Positions 25,482 to 35,583 of a DNA stretch of 54,880 bases are shown one piece after another. The notes beneath the pieces are model-generated. The model was not told the DNA's origin. It searched no databases and saw nothing but the letters and a program-made list of their open reading frames with translations. The DNA comes from a virus. Its lineage: Duplodnaviria; Caudoviricetes. Position numbers and translations under genes: made by a program. Position 1 is the first letter of the stretch; every line of letters begins with the position of its first letter. The stretch covers positions 1 through 54,880 of IMG/VR virus record IMGVR_UViG_3300032323_001970; one strand, written 5' to 3'.

Positions 25482-25885
25482 AGGAGAGCCAGTTCTGGGC
25501 TCTGGTCAAAGGCAAGCTGCATGGCCACGTGGAGCGTGTAGAGAACGCCTTGACAAGGGGAACTCCTGACGTGAACATGTGTCATGAGGGCACCGAGTTC
25601 TGGCTTGAGCTGAAAGTGCTAGATGCCAAGGGCAAATGCGAGTTGCGGCCAGAACAATACCTGTGGCACCGTAGGCGCCAAGAAAGCGGCGGACGTGTGT
25701 TCGTACTAGCTCGCAACGAAAATGTCCTAAAAGTCCTCCAGGTTCAACGAGACATGGATCTTTATGAGATCTGGACTTGCAGCAAGCCTTTTGATTGGGA
25801 GAACATGAACAACTTGCTTTTTAACGTTCCGCCTTTTTGCACTGAATACGTTGTGCGTCATGCACAAGTTGGAGGAAAACAATGA
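25478..25885 (+). CDS. PD-(D/E)XK nuclease (VRR-NUC / resolvase-like)
   Basis: ERVEN...GTPDV...WLELK...LRPEQ..W. Confidence 0.75.
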   Translation: MKESQFWALVKGKLHGHVERVENALTRGTPDVNMCHEGTEFWLELKVLDAKGKCELRPEQYLWHRRRQESGGRVFVLARNENVLKVLQVQRDMDLYEIWTCSKPFDWENMNNLLFNVPPFCTEYVVRHAQVGGKQ

Positions 25886-26199
25886 CCGTTTATGTCGTAC
25901 AAGAATCGCCGAAGTTCAATCTGCTGCCTGCAGCCGATTACGGCGACCTGCAAACGCTGCTGCCACCAGGCCAAGTGATGATGGCAACAGCGCCAACAAT
26001 CCGTATCTTGCGTGACAAGCTGCGGAATTTTTCGGACAGCGATTACCTGTTGGCTATTGGTGACCCCATTGCCATCGGCATGTCCGTCGCAATTGCTGCT
26101 GGCTTCAATAGCGGCAAGATCAGGATGCTCAAGTGGGATCGCCAAGAGCATCGTTACTACGCCCTTGAGGCAGACCTTACAGGAGCAAGAAATGCTTGA
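25882..26199 (+). CDS. hypothetical protein
   Basis: 105 aa, ATGA overlap, GGAGG RBS. Confidence 0.7.
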   Translation: MTVYVVQESPKFNLLPAADYGDLQTLLPPGQVMMATAPTIRILRDKLRNFSDSDYLLAIGDPIAIGMSVAIAAGFNSGKIRMLKWDRQEHRYYALEADLTGARNA

Positions 26200-26740
26200 A
26201 CAGGAAATGTTGGCCGACAGTCAGATGCCATCTGACCAAGGCCTCGGCAAGATCAGTACGCTTGCAGAGCGCTACACAGATCTTGATGAAGAGATCACAG
26301 AAGTTGAAAAACGACTGAAGTCTCTGAAGGAACAGGCCCGGGAGATTGCTGAAAAGCAGTTGCCTGAAGCCATGGCAGAAATTGGTGTTGCAAAGTTTAC
26401 GCTTACAGACGGCAGCGAAGTGACCGTCAAACCGTACTACAGCGCCAAGATCAGTGACGAGAAACGTGACGAGTGCTTTACCTGGTTGCAAGACCATGGT
26501 CACGAAGCGCTGATTAAAGACGAAGTCGTCCTGACATTCAATCGCGGTGAACACGACAAGGCAGAAGAATTCAAAGCCCGGCTGGAAGAGCAGGGACTGG
26601 AATATTCTGGCAAGATGGGTGTTCATCCTCAGACTTTGACAGCATTCGTCAAAGAGCAAGTGGAAAGCGGAGCCGAATTTCCCCTTGAACTTTTCAACGT
26701 GTACATCGGCCAAATCGCCAAAGTCAAAAGGAGTAAGTGA
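26192..26740 (+). CDS. hypothetical replication-module protein
   Basis: 182 aa coiled coil plus WLQDHGH..LIK and VHPQTL.AFVKE; AGGAG RBS. Confidence 0.7.
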   Translation: MLEQEMLADSQMPSDQGLGKISTLAERYTDLDEEITEVEKRLKSLKEQAREIAEKQLPEAMAEIGVAKFTLTDGSEVTVKPYYSAKISDEKRDECFTWLQDHGHEALIKDEVVLTFNRGEHDKAEEFKARLEEQGLEYSGKMGVHPQTLTAFVKEQVESGAEFPLELFNVYIGQIAKVKRSK

Positions 26741-27510
26741 TGGTTAAGAAAACTGAAGTGGCTGTCGCACAGTCAACCGCCGTTGTGGCATTCGCAGACG
26801 ACATGATGGCAGACGCAGGTCTCGGTTTCGAGAACGTGTCCGCAAACGATGTCGCTATTCCGTACCTCAAGGTGTTGCAGGCCTTGTCGCCTGAACTTCG
26901 TGGAGTCACCAAGGTTGCTGGTGCTGAAGAGGGCCTGATCATCAACACCGTCACGGGTCAGTTGATGAAAGAGGCTCGCATCATCCCTTGCGCCTTTAAG
27001 AAGAGCTACGTTGAGTGGACTCCTCGTGAGGCCGGCGGCGGTTTGGTCAAGGAACACACGGATGAGCGCATCCTTGAAAAGACCAAGAAAAACGAACGCA
27101 ATCAAGACGTGCTGCCCAACGGCAACTTGATCGTCACGACTGCCTACCACTACGTGTTGGTGTTGGCCGAAGGCGGTTTTGAGCGCGCCCTGATTGCAAT
27201 GTCTTCGACGCAGCTGAAGAAGTCGCGCCGCTGGTTGGGCCAGATGATGAGCCTTCAAGTCAAGGTCGGCGACAAGTCGTTCACTCCGCCTCCCTTTAGC
27301 CATAGCTACCATGTGGGAACCGGCATGGAGACGAAAGACGCCAACAGCTGGTATGGCTGGCTGATCAACGATCCTAAGATGGTGCAAGACCGTGGCATCT
27401 ACGAGGCAGCTAAGAAGTTTGGCCAAGACGTAACTGCCGGCCTCGTTAAGGTCGCTGAGCCGCCTGCAGATGCTCCGACGGCGGCAGGAGAAGACGATGT
27501 CCCATATTAA
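26737..27510 (+). CDS. putative single-stranded DNA-binding protein
   Basis: Replication-module position; acidic/aromatic C-terminal tail EDDVPY. Confidence 0.6.
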   Translation: MMVKKTEVAVAQSTAVVAFADDMMADAGLGFENVSANDVAIPYLKVLQALSPELRGVTKVAGAEEGLIINTVTGQLMKEARIIPCAFKKSYVEWTPREAGGGLVKEHTDERILEKTKKNERNQDVLPNGNLIVTTAYHYVLVLAEGGFERALIAMSSTQLKKSRRWLGQMMSLQVKVGDKSFTPPPFSHSYHVGTGMETKDANSWYGWLINDPKMVQDRGIYEAAKKFGQDVTAGLVKVAEPPADAPTAAGEDDVPY

Positions 27511-27733
27511 AGACATCTTTCCGAGCCTTGGCATGGACCTTGGTAAGTCCGACGAACGGAATCCAAGCTCCACTAAAAAGGGCCCTGGACGCAAACACGC
27601 GCAAGGTGCGACAAAAGGTAAGTCCAAGGGATCTACCTACTTCAAGCGCTCTGCCGTGAATAGGGTCAAGGTCGCCCAGCAGACTGACAACGTGACGAAT
27701 ACTCCGTTGAAAGCTGCAACGCGCGGCGGTTAA
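27497..27733 (+). CDS. small basic hypothetical protein
   Basis: 78 aa K/R-rich ORF with AGGAG RBS; overlaps SSB end; followed by a hairpin. Confidence 0.5.
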   Translation: MSHIKDIFPSLGMDLGKSDERNPSSTKKGPGRKHAQGATKGKSKGSTYFKRSAVNRVKVAQQTDNVTNTPLKAATRGG

Positions 27734-27736
27734 GTT

Positions 27737-27757
27737 GGGGGCGGCTTCGGCCGCTCC
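27737..27757 (+). terminator. C(UUCG)G hairpin
   Basis: GGGGGCGGC-TTCG-GCCGCTCC. Confidence 0.45.
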
Positions 27758-27784
27758 TCCTATCAACAACAACGAGAAAGAATT

Positions 27785-29308
27785 ATGCTTGCACAAAGAT
27801 TCATGGCGCTATTTTCCGGGCACACAGGTGCTTACGGGACCTATGACATCGATGGCAAGAATACTGGCCTGAAGGTTCAGGGGACAGCAGTCACAAAACG
27901 AGCAGCAGTAACAGAGCAGCTCTGGGACGGACACCTAGCTGGAACAAAGGGAATCGGTATTGTGCCAATCAGAGAGGACAACACATGCCTCTTTGGTGCG
28001 ATTGACATTGATGAATACAAGAATTTTGACCTGAAAGATGCCGTTGACGCTTGCGCCAAGGCCAAGGCACCGGTTGCAGTCTGCCGCAGCAAGTCTGGCG
28101 GCGCCCACATCTACATGTTTTTCAGCGAGCCGATACCGGCTGCTGATGTCAAACGAAAGCTTGGTGAATTGGCCAGCGTGATCGGCCACCCGAGTTGCGA
28201 GATTTTCCCTAAGCAAGATCAAGTGTTGTCTGAACGCGGTGACGTCGGCAACTGGATCAACATGCCTTACTTCGAAGGCGACCAGACCAGTCGCTATGGG
28301 GTTGCTGAAAACGGCAGCCCGATGCAGATCGAAGATTTTCTTACCTTTGCCGAAGGGCTCAAGCTTACCAGAGCCAACTTCGTGCGCCTTAAGTTTGCAG
28401 AAGCCAAGAGCAAGAAGCGGGCATTCAAGGATGCACCTCCATGTATCGAGAAACTGGCTCAGACAGGCTTCCCAGAAGGCACCCGCAACAACGGCCTGTT
28501 TAATCTGTGTGTGCTGGCACGCAAGATGAAACCCGATGATTGGCAGCCGCTGGTCATGCAGATGAACATCGATGTCATGGACCCGCCGCTTCCTGAATCT
28601 GAAGCCATGGGCGTCATCCAGTCCATGCAGAACAGCGACTATCAATACACGTGCAGCAGGCCTCCGTTACGGCCTAACTGCAATGCCGGCATGTGCCGCA
28701 TGCGCAAGTATGGCGTGGGCCAGCAGCAAGGGGCTCCAAGGCTTTCATCACTGAGCAAATACAACACCGAACCGCCGATCTGGTTCCTTGACATGGACAA
28801 CGGCATGCGCTTGTCACTGTCTACTGAGGACTTGCAGAACCAGTCAGGTTTCCAGAAGCGCTGCATGGAGGCCATGAACTACATGCCTCCCAAGATGAAC
28901 CTGACGCAGTGGAATCAGATGATCCAGGCTCTTCTTGCAGACGTGGTCGTCATTGAGGCTCCTGAGGACGCAAGCCCCAAGGGCCAGTTTATCGACCTGC
29001 TGGAACGTTTCTGCACCGGCAAGGCGCAGGCCAAGCACCTTGATGAGATCTTGCTGGGTAAACCGTTCCACGACCGTGACGAAAACCGCCACTTGTTTAG
29101 GCTGGCAGACTTCATCAATTTCCTCGACAAGCAGAAGTTCAAGGAGTTCAAGCTGAATCAGATCAGCTCAGCCATTCGTGACTACGGCGGCGAGACTCAC
29201 ACCTACAAGCTGAATGGCAAGCGGGCAACGGTCTGGTCTGTTCCTGCATTCTCATTCCAAGACAAAGGCCATCAGACTCCGGACTTTAACAGTGGAAGCC
29301 TCATCTAA
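27785..29308 (+). CDS. archaeo-eukaryotic-type primase with PriCT-like domain
   Basis: AIDID, RSKSGGAHIY, NWINMPY, PPC...EGTRNNGLF. Confidence 0.8.
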   Translation: MLAQRFMALFSGHTGAYGTYDIDGKNTGLKVQGTAVTKRAAVTEQLWDGHLAGTKGIGIVPIREDNTCLFGAIDIDEYKNFDLKDAVDACAKAKAPVAVCRSKSGGAHIYMFFSEPIPAADVKRKLGELASVIGHPSCEIFPKQDQVLSERGDVGNWINMPYFEGDQTSRYGVAENGSPMQIEDFLTFAEGLKLTRANFVRLKFAEAKSKKRAFKDAPPCIEKLAQTGFPEGTRNNGLFNLCVLARKMKPDDWQPLVMQMNIDVMDPPLPESEAMGVIQSMQNSDYQYTCSRPPLRPNCNAGMCRMRKYGVGQQQGAPRLSSLSKYNTEPPIWFLDMDNGMRLSLSTEDLQNQSGFQKRCMEAMNYMPPKMNLTQWNQMIQALLADVVVIEAPEDASPKGQFIDLLERFCTGKAQAKHLDEILLGKPFHDRDENRHLFRLADFINFLDKQKFKEFKLNQISSAIRDYGGETHTYKLNGKRATVWSVPAFSFQDKGHQTPDFNSGSLI

Positions 29309-30800
29309 ACCCAAGATCATCCTGGGACCGCCCGGAACCGGCAAGACGACTACGTTGATGAACATCATCGAGTCGCTGCTGGAGAAGGGCGTTCGGCCTG
29401 AAGACATTGGCTTCATTAGCTTCACCAAGAAAGCTACAAATGAGGCTAGGGATAAGGCTCGTTCCCGGTTTGGTTTTGATGCAGATAGGCTTCCATTCTT
29501 CAGGACGATCCACAGCCTTGCGTTCAGGCAGCTGGGACTGAGTAGGCAGCAGGTCATGCAGCACAACCACTACCAAGAACTTTGCGATGAGCTGGGGGTT
29601 GAGATCACAGGGCGCCAAACTGGCGAAGACGGCACGTTGGTTGGTATGGCACAGGGTGACAAGCTGCGTTTTGTCGAAGGCATGGCAAGGATCCGGTGTG
29701 TGCCACTCAAGCAGCAGTGGGAAGAGTTAAATGACGACGATCTTGGCTGGTTTGAGCTGGAGCAGTTTGCAAAGGCTCTCAAGGAATACAAGGACAACTC
29801 TGGCCTGATCGACTACACTGACATGCTTGAGTTGATGCGGTCAGAAGGCTTCGTACCTAAATTAAAGGCTCTGCTGGTTGATGAGGCACAAGACCTATCA
29901 AAGCTGCAATGGTCCGTTGTTGAACGAATGATGGAGAAGGCAGATGAGACCTATATTGCTGGAGACGACGATCAGGCAATCTTTAGATGGGCTGGAGCAG
30001 ACGTTGATCACTTCATTGGCCTCGACGGGGACGTGCGTGTACTCGATCAGTCTTACCGGATCCCCTCCGTTGTTCACGATTTGTCCTTTGACATTATCAA
30101 AGCTGTATCTCGACGACGAGAAAAGCAATTCAAGCCAGCAGCCCATGAAGGATCTATCACCTACCACAACGACATCGAACACGTAGACATGGGCCAAGGA
30201 ACATGGCTCCTGCTTGCTAGGAATGTCTATATGCTCAGGGAAATGGTTGAGTTATGCCATCGTGAGGGCTACGCATACGAGTGTCAAGGAATGAGCCCTC
30301 GTAAGTCTGAGGCACTGCTGGCCATCAGGAGCTGGGAGAAGCTTCGCAAGGGCGACTTCATCCAAGCAGATCAACTGAAGCTGGTCTATGCTCACATGTC
30401 AAAGCGGATGGTCGATCACGGTCATCTGTCCTTGAAGACGTTGACAGAAGACATGGTCAACATGGACCTGCTGCAGCAGAAGTACGGGCTGCAGACCAAG
30501 GCCATCTGGCACACGGCTCTTGACCGCATCAGCGACGAGGAAAAGGAATACTTCCTTGCAGCCTTAAGACAAGGCGAATCGTTGTCAGGAGATCCACGGA
30601 TTACCATCAGCACGATCCACGGATCTAAAGGTGGTGAGGCTGACAACGTATTGCTGGTCACTGACATCAGTCCCAAGACCTACAACAGCTACCAAGAGAA
30701 TCAAGACGATGAGGTTCGCGTGTTTTACGTGGCAGCAACGCGGACCAAGAAGAACTTGCACATCATCACGCCGCGCACACAAAGGTACTTTGACTTATGA
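29292..30800 (+). CDS. UvrD/Rep-family SF1 helicase
   Basis: GPPGTGKTT, SFTKKA, RTIHS, VDEAQD, GDDDQAI, STIHGSKGGEAD, YVAATR; GTG start is approximate. Confidence 0.9.
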   Translation: MEASSKPKIILGPPGTGKTTTLMNIIESLLEKGVRPEDIGFISFTKKATNEARDKARSRFGFDADRLPFFRTIHSLAFRQLGLSRQQVMQHNHYQELCDELGVEITGRQTGEDGTLVGMAQGDKLRFVEGMARIRCVPLKQQWEELNDDDLGWFELEQFAKALKEYKDNSGLIDYTDMLELMRSEGFVPKLKALLVDEAQDLSKLQWSVVERMMEKADETYIAGDDDQAIFRWAGADVDHFIGLDGDVRVLDQSYRIPSVVHDLSFDIIKAVSRRREKQFKPAAHEGSITYHNDIEHVDMGQGTWLLLARNVYMLREMVELCHREGYAYECQGMSPRKSEALLAIRSWEKLRKGDFIQADQLKLVYAHMSKRMVDHGHLSLKTLTEDMVNMDLLQQKYGLQTKAIWHTALDRISDEEKEYFLAALRQGESLSGDPRITISTIHGSKGGEADNVLLVTDISPKTYNSYQENQDDEVRVFYVAATRTKKNLHIITPRTQRYFDL

Positions 30801-31432
30801 GCTTCCTAGTCGCAAACATCCCTCCCATAAAGTGCTTTGTTCGCAAAGAGTTTCTTTACAACCACGAATCCGGACATGGTGAGCTTGAGCCATGCGTGTG
30901 GATGACGGCCAAGGCCATCAAGGGCCAGGCATTCAGGATTGAATCCATGCTGACGAACTACGGAGCCTTGTATGACAAGCTCCCTATCAGCGCATACGTG
31001 TGGAAGCCGGTCGAAGAGCCGCTACCGCTTGACTTCCTGCAGATCTGGGATTGCTTGTCGTATGACATGGCAGTCATCGAGAAGTCAAACCTGCGGGGAC
31101 TCAAGGTCAAGTTCTTTGGCAAGGACAAGCAGTTCCATTTCGGCAACTACCTGTTCACCATTGACTTTGCAGCACCTGACACCAACCGCATCGACACCAG
31201 CTTCAGCGAAGGGGTTCAAGAGCATAAGAGCTACAACTTCATCCAGCTCGACAACGGCCAGTTCGCTTGCCAGCCCAACAACCGCTGCCTGTGGTACGAC
31301 GTGTCATTGGTCCCTGCAACCCTGAAGACCCCTGACTTCAAGATCCCGACCCAGGTCTACAGCGTCGAGAACCACGCCAAGTGGTCTGCCAAGGATGAGT
31401 GGTTCTACAGCTTCGAGGAGCTCAACAAGTGA
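30797..31432 (+). CDS. hypothetical phage protein
   Basis: 211 aa ORF coupled by ATGA and GTGA overlaps. Confidence 0.7.
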   Translation: MSFLVANIPPIKCFVRKEFLYNHESGHGELEPCVWMTAKAIKGQAFRIESMLTNYGALYDKLPISAYVWKPVEEPLPLDFLQIWDCLSYDMAVIEKSNLRGLKVKFFGKDKQFHFGNYLFTIDFAAPDTNRIDTSFSEGVQEHKSYNFIQLDNGQFACQPNNRCLWYDVSLVPATLKTPDFKIPTQVYSVENHAKWSAKDEWFYSFEELNK

Positions 31433-32865
31433 TCGAATACAAGTACAAGACCAAGCCATTTGGTCATCAAGACATCGACTTCAAGCTCAGCCGGGACATG
31501 GACGAGTTCGCCTTGTTCTGGGAGATGGGCCTTGGCAAGTCAAAGACCACGGTCGACACTGCAGCATGGTTGTACGCGACGGGCAAGATCGACGCCGTGT
31601 TCATCCTGGGCAACAAGGGTTCATACCGCAACTGGGTGACCAAGGAGCTGCCAGAGCACATGCCTGACTACATCCAGTGGGTCGGCACGTACTGGGACAG
31701 CGCAGCAAACACCGAGCTCAAAAAGAGCTACGACCTGCTGCTAACGCCGATGGAACCCCTTAAGATCTTCGTCATGAACATCGAGGCCTTGGCTTTTGAC
31801 CGCAGCTACAAGATTGCCGAATCTTTTGTCAACTGCCACCGGACCCTGATGGTCATTGACGAATCGACCACGATCAAGAACAGGGACGCGAAGCGCACGA
31901 AGGCTGCAGTCAAGATCGGCCGCAAGGCCAACTATCGTCGGATCCTGACAGGGTCTCCAGTGACCAACAATCCCCTAGACCTGTTCAGCCAGGCCTGGTT
32001 CCTCAACCCTCACCTGCTGGGCTTCACCAGCTACTACACGTTTAGGGCAAAGTATGCAGAGATGGTCAAGATCACGGCGGGCAATCGCGCCTTCACTAAG
32101 GTCAAAGGTTTCAAGAACCTCGATGAGCTTACCCGGTCGATTCAGCGCTGGTCTTCGCGCCGCACCAAGCTTGAGTGTCTCGACCTTCCGGAAAAGATCT
32201 ACCAATACTACGAGGTTGAGCTTACAGACGAGCAGAAGAAGCACTACAAGACTCTTCGCGAGAAGGCTATGGCTGAACTGGAAGGCCAGTTGGTTTCAGC
32301 ACCGATCGTTCTTACGAAGCTGCTTCGATTGCACCAGTTGGTCTGCGGGCACCTCACAACGGACGATGGAACGATTGTTCCCGTCGAGAATAATCGGATG
32401 AAGGCACTCATGGAGGTGCTTGAAGAGGCCAGCGGCAAGGTCATCATCTGGGCCAACTACCGTCCAGACATTCAAGCCATTGAGGCAAAGCTGCAGGAAG
32501 AGTACGGCAAGAAGGCCGTCGTGTCTTACTACGGCAGCACGTCTAGCGAAGATAGGGCTGAAGCCGTTCGCAGATTTCAGCAGGACCCCGAATGCATCTA
32601 CTTTGTCAGCAACGCCCAGACCGGCGGCTTTGGCAATACGCTGACAGAAGGCACCAACGTGGTCTACTACTCCAACAGCTACAACCTAGAACACAGGCTG
32701 CAGTCAGAGGACCGTGCTCACCGTATCGGCCAAAAGCACGCGGTAACCTACGTGGACTTGATCAGCCGCAAGACCGTCGACGAGAAGATCGTCAAGGCCC
32801 TTCGCGACAAGAAGATGCTGTCATCCCAGGTGCTGGGTGACGAATGGAAGGAGTGGCTGAGTTAG
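31429..32865 (+). CDS. SNF2-family helicase
   Basis: EMGLGKS, IDES, LTGSP, GFGNTLT, QSEDRAHRIGQ. Confidence 0.9.
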   Translation: MIEYKYKTKPFGHQDIDFKLSRDMDEFALFWEMGLGKSKTTVDTAAWLYATGKIDAVFILGNKGSYRNWVTKELPEHMPDYIQWVGTYWDSAANTELKKSYDLLLTPMEPLKIFVMNIEALAFDRSYKIAESFVNCHRTLMVIDESTTIKNRDAKRTKAAVKIGRKANYRRILTGSPVTNNPLDLFSQAWFLNPHLLGFTSYYTFRAKYAEMVKITAGNRAFTKVKGFKNLDELTRSIQRWSSRRTKLECLDLPEKIYQYYEVELTDEQKKHYKTLREKAMAELEGQLVSAPIVLTKLLRLHQLVCGHLTTDDGTIVPVENNRMKALMEVLEEASGKVIIWANYRPDIQAIEAKLQEEYGKKAVVSYYGSTSSEDRAEAVRRFQQDPECIYFVSNAQTGGFGNTLTEGTNVVYYSNSYNLEHRLQSEDRAHRIGQKHAVTYVDLISRKTVDEKIVKALRDKKMLSSQVLGDEWKEWLS

Positions 32866-32867
32866 GT

Positions 32868-32949
32868 GTTGGTGGCTCCCATGAAGCAGGGTGGGGGCCG
32901 CAATTGAACAACTTAAAGACCCCACGGGGCTAATCCGTTTTCCACCAAC
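32868..32949. other. nested inverted repeats, candidate structured RNA
   Basis: GTTGGTGG/CCACCAAC outer stem; inner GTGGGG/CCCCAC and ACGG/CCGT stems; lies between convergent genes. Confidence 0.45.
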
Positions 32950-32957
32950 GTTTGGCA

Positions 32958-33146
32958 TTATTCCTTGATCCGCAGGAAAAAGGACATGAAAATGTCATTG
33001 TCCATAGTGCGCAGTGCGCTGCCAGGGAAGAACTGGTCAGGCCAGCCTTGCTCCTTGTCACTGAGGATGTACAGACGCATGTCGTTGTTGTACTCCAGGG
33101 ACATACCGTTCTCTTGGGCGATCTTTTTTGCTACAGCTACACGCAT
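32958..33146 (-). CDS. hypothetical protein
   Basis: 62 aa, AAAGGAG RBS, own promoter motif upstream. Confidence 0.6.
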   Translation of the reverse strand: MRVAVAKKIAQENGMSLEYNNDMRLYILSDKEQGWPDQFFPGSALRTMDNDIFMSFFLRIKE

Positions 33147-33166
33147 GGTGGGCTCCTTTCAAGCCC

Positions 33167-33198
33167 GCATTTTACTACGTACTGCAGCAGTGCGCGCA
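33167..33198 (-). promoter_or_regulatory. putative promoter, divergent
   Basis: Minus strand TGCGCG-N18-TAAAAT-GC. Confidence 0.55.
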
Positions 33199-33393
33199 AA
33201 TCTATATGTTTTTTACCTCATGTTATGCTGCCCAAGGGCACCGGATGGCACCCAGGCTCATCAGGTGAGCCCCAGTCATGATGGAATGGCTTGCGAATAG
33301 CAATCAATGGGCCATGAACAGAAAGCATCTCTGGGATCATCTAGGAGGACGGACCATTGCTAGTATTTGTCCCTGCAAATATTTTGCGACGAA

Positions 33394-33426
33394 TGCGCGC
33401 AGTGCGTAGTTTTGCACTAGAATGCA
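33394..33426 (+). promoter_or_regulatory. putative early promoter
   Basis: TGCGCG-N18-TAGAAT-GCA; ~70-bp similarity to 19064-19132. Confidence 0.65.
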
Positions 33427-33474
33427 GCTCATGCACGGCACCCCGCCTTGCTAAGAAAGAAGAAAGGTTTCATC

Positions 33475-33636
33475 ATGACTATCAATCAACAAGTCGTCGC
33501 CGAACTCAAAGAGCTGAAGAAGCTTGGTGTTCGCGTCAAGGCCAGCGTCATTAAGTCTGCAGAGACTGCCGACTTGAGCGAGTACGACAACATGCGCGTC
33601 AGCGAGATCGCAGATCTCTTGATCATGTTGGGCTAA
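33475..33636 (+). CDS. small hypothetical early protein
   Basis: 53 aa MTINQQVV..., leader GAAAGAAGAAAGG. Confidence 0.6.
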   Translation: MTINQQVVAELKELKKLGVRVKASVIKSAETADLSEYDNMRVSEIADLLIMLG

Positions 33637-33646
33637 GGAGTACGAC

Positions 33647-33820
33647 ATGGAAATCACCGTCCGCATCACGTCTGTCTACGGCCAAAAGACCGTTTATCCA
33701 GTCTGCGAGACTGCAAAGATCTTCGCCGACATCGCTGGCACCAAGACTCTGAAGCCAACTACCATCAACTCGATCAAGGCTCTTGGCTACAAGATCGTCG
33801 TCGCACAAGAGGAGCTGTGA
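33647..33820 (+). CDS. small hypothetical protein (not in ORF track)
   Basis: TAAGGAG RBS; MEITVRITSVYGQKTVYPVCETAKIFADIAGTKTL...EEL*, 57 aa. Confidence 0.7.
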   Translation: MEITVRITSVYGQKTVYPVCETAKIFADIAGTKTLKPTTINSIKALGYKIVVAQEEL

Positions 33821-33822
33821 TC

Positions 33823-34203
33823 ATGGAAGAACTGAAAAACTGGGAAGACATGACTCCCTTAGAGCAGGCGCAATGCACCTATTGGGACATGTACAAAGAC
33901 GCTCACGGCGTTCGACCCCGTGGTGTTGACACCAGCAGCTGGTCCCTGAAGGACTTCGAGATTGAATTTGACCGCCTTGGCAAGATCATCGAGGAAGACG
34001 AGCAGCAGCGCAAACAAGATGAGGCTGCCGCGATCGTAAGGTTTGAAGAGCGAGTGAAATCATTCATCGCAGCGGGCGCAAAAGATCGCGAGACCGTTCT
34101 CCGCTGGTTTCATGAAGCCGAACGGACCGACGGAGATGAAGAATTTCTTTGCTATTGCCTCGGCCTGCCTTATGGCTATTTCAAAAGATTGGAGACAGTA
34201 TGA
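33823..34203 (+). CDS. hypothetical phage protein
   Basis: YWDMYKDAHGVRPR ... CYCLGLPYGYF; GAGGAG RBS. Confidence 0.7.
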   Translation: MEELKNWEDMTPLEQAQCTYWDMYKDAHGVRPRGVDTSSWSLKDFEIEFDRLGKIIEEDEQQRKQDEAAAIVRFEERVKSFIAAGAKDRETVLRWFHEAERTDGDEEFLCYCLGLPYGYFKRLETV

Positions 34204-34970
34204 GAATCGTTTGGACAAGAGATGAAAAGCGCGCGATGCGCGAGTGCATGATTGACTTGTGCTACGTGACGCCAAGTCTTAGCAACATAGGCCTGCTGCA
34301 GCATGCTCAAGAAGAGGTCATACCGTACGAGCGCCGCGTCAAAGTCAATCACCAGCGCGTCTTCAACTACAAGAAGTTGATCAACGAGGCGCGTGCAGCA
34401 GCTGACCAGCTTCGCCAAGCCGAGGCCAAGAAGCCAGTAGAAGCGCTAAAGAAGCCTGAGCCGCCGGCAGAGCCGCCGGCCCGCAAGCTAGATACGCTGG
34501 GCGAGGTCTTTGAGCTGTTCGTCGATGCCCTCGCTGACCGAATCATCCGGCGCCTTGAGGCCCGCCCGTTAGCAGCAAGGCCCGATGAGCCTCGCGAGCA
34601 CAAGCTTGAGGACTTTTTCGGCGGCGACCCAATGGAGCAGCTAGACAGGGTCTTCGACAGTCTGTATCCGCCCCTCAAGAAGGCGCCGATTCAGCCCCGC
34701 AAGCCCACCGTCCTGGTTATCGGCCTCAACGGCCACCAAATGGAGTGCATCAAGCAGTCGCGACCTGAGATAGACTTCACGTTCGTGACTGGCGAACAAG
34801 GCCTAAGCCACCAGACGCTGAACAAGGACCATACGATCCTGATGACCAAGTTCATCAATCACTCGGTTCAAGCTAAGTATCGCAAGCATCCCAACCTGCA
34901 CTACTGCAATGGCGGCGTCAGCGAACTGAAGCACATGCTGCAGATCATCTTCCACAAGGAGTACGCATGA
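34200..34970 (+). CDS. hypothetical protein
   Basis: ATGA-coupled ORF; C-terminal alpha/beta domain (VLVIG...TKFINHS...GGVSEL). Confidence 0.65.
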   Translation: MRIVWTRDEKRAMRECMIDLCYVTPSLSNIGLLQHAQEEVIPYERRVKVNHQRVFNYKKLINEARAAADQLRQAEAKKPVEALKKPEPPAEPPARKLDTLGEVFELFVDALADRIIRRLEARPLAARPDEPREHKLEDFFGGDPMEQLDRVFDSLYPPLKKAPIQPRKPTVLVIGLNGHQMECIKQSRPEIDFTFVTGEQGLSHQTLNKDHTILMTKFINHSVQAKYRKHPNLHYCNGGVSELKHMLQIIFHKEYA

Positions 34971-35137
34971 AGTACCTTAAAGCCTTTGCCCTCTGGGTCC
35001 TGCAAGGGACTATTGGCCTGATCTTGATGGGCTTCTTTGTCGTGATGGTCATGGAGTGGGCTGCCGGCTGCGGCGAGACGTATGTGGACTCCAAAGGCGT
35101 CACGCATCAGAACGAATGCATCTTCCTTAAGCGATGA
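34967..35137 (+). CDS. small membrane protein (not in ORF track)
   Basis: AAGGAG RBS; MKYLKAFALWVLQGTIGLILMGFFVVMVMEWAAGCGETY...; 56 aa. Confidence 0.65.
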   Translation: MKYLKAFALWVLQGTIGLILMGFFVVMVMEWAAGCGETYVDSKGVTHQNECIFLKR

Positions 35138-35583
35138 ATGCGTTTCAGTACGGCGTCTTGAACGGACTTGGATGGATCGCTGTCTTAGTTGACGGCTGGA
35201 TCCTCCATACGCACTGGCTGGCAGCAGCCGGGTTTTTATTGCTCATTTGGAGCGCTTGGAAACTAATGAAGGAAGCAGACATGGCAGCAATCAATTCAGG
35301 ACTTAACGGAACAACGGCAGAAGACTTGGCTCAGGCAGCAAGCCCGTCGTACACATTTACAAGGACCAAGATGCCAGTCGGCGACATCAAGGTCTACGAG
35401 GGCGAGAAGTACTACAAGTTTGTGCCGAAAGAAGATATGACCGGTCAGGAAGCCGGCTGGATCTGCATGCTGTTCACGACTGCAGCCATCAGCAGCAGAG
35501 GAGTTGGCATCACGGACTACGACTACATGGGCTTTGTGCGGGCTCATGGACTCGAGCGCCATTTTGAGGAAGAGCTGTCGTGA
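35134..35583 (+). CDS. hypothetical protein with N-terminal TM segments
   Basis: 149 aa, ATGA overlap. Confidence 0.55.
   Translation: MNAFQYGVLNGLGWIAVLVDGWILHTHWLAAAGFLLLIWSAWKLMKEADMAAINSGLNGTTAEDLAQAASPSYTFTRTKMPVGDIKVYEGEKYYKFVPKEDMTGQEAGWICMLFTTAAISSRGVGITDYDYMGFVRAHGLERHFEEELS

Noticed and set aside
33200-33360. Possible tRNA or ncRNA in the divergent intergenic region (GGCTCA-TCAGG-TGAGCC hairpin)
   Set aside because: No cloverleaf or T-loop consensus; only one short hairpin
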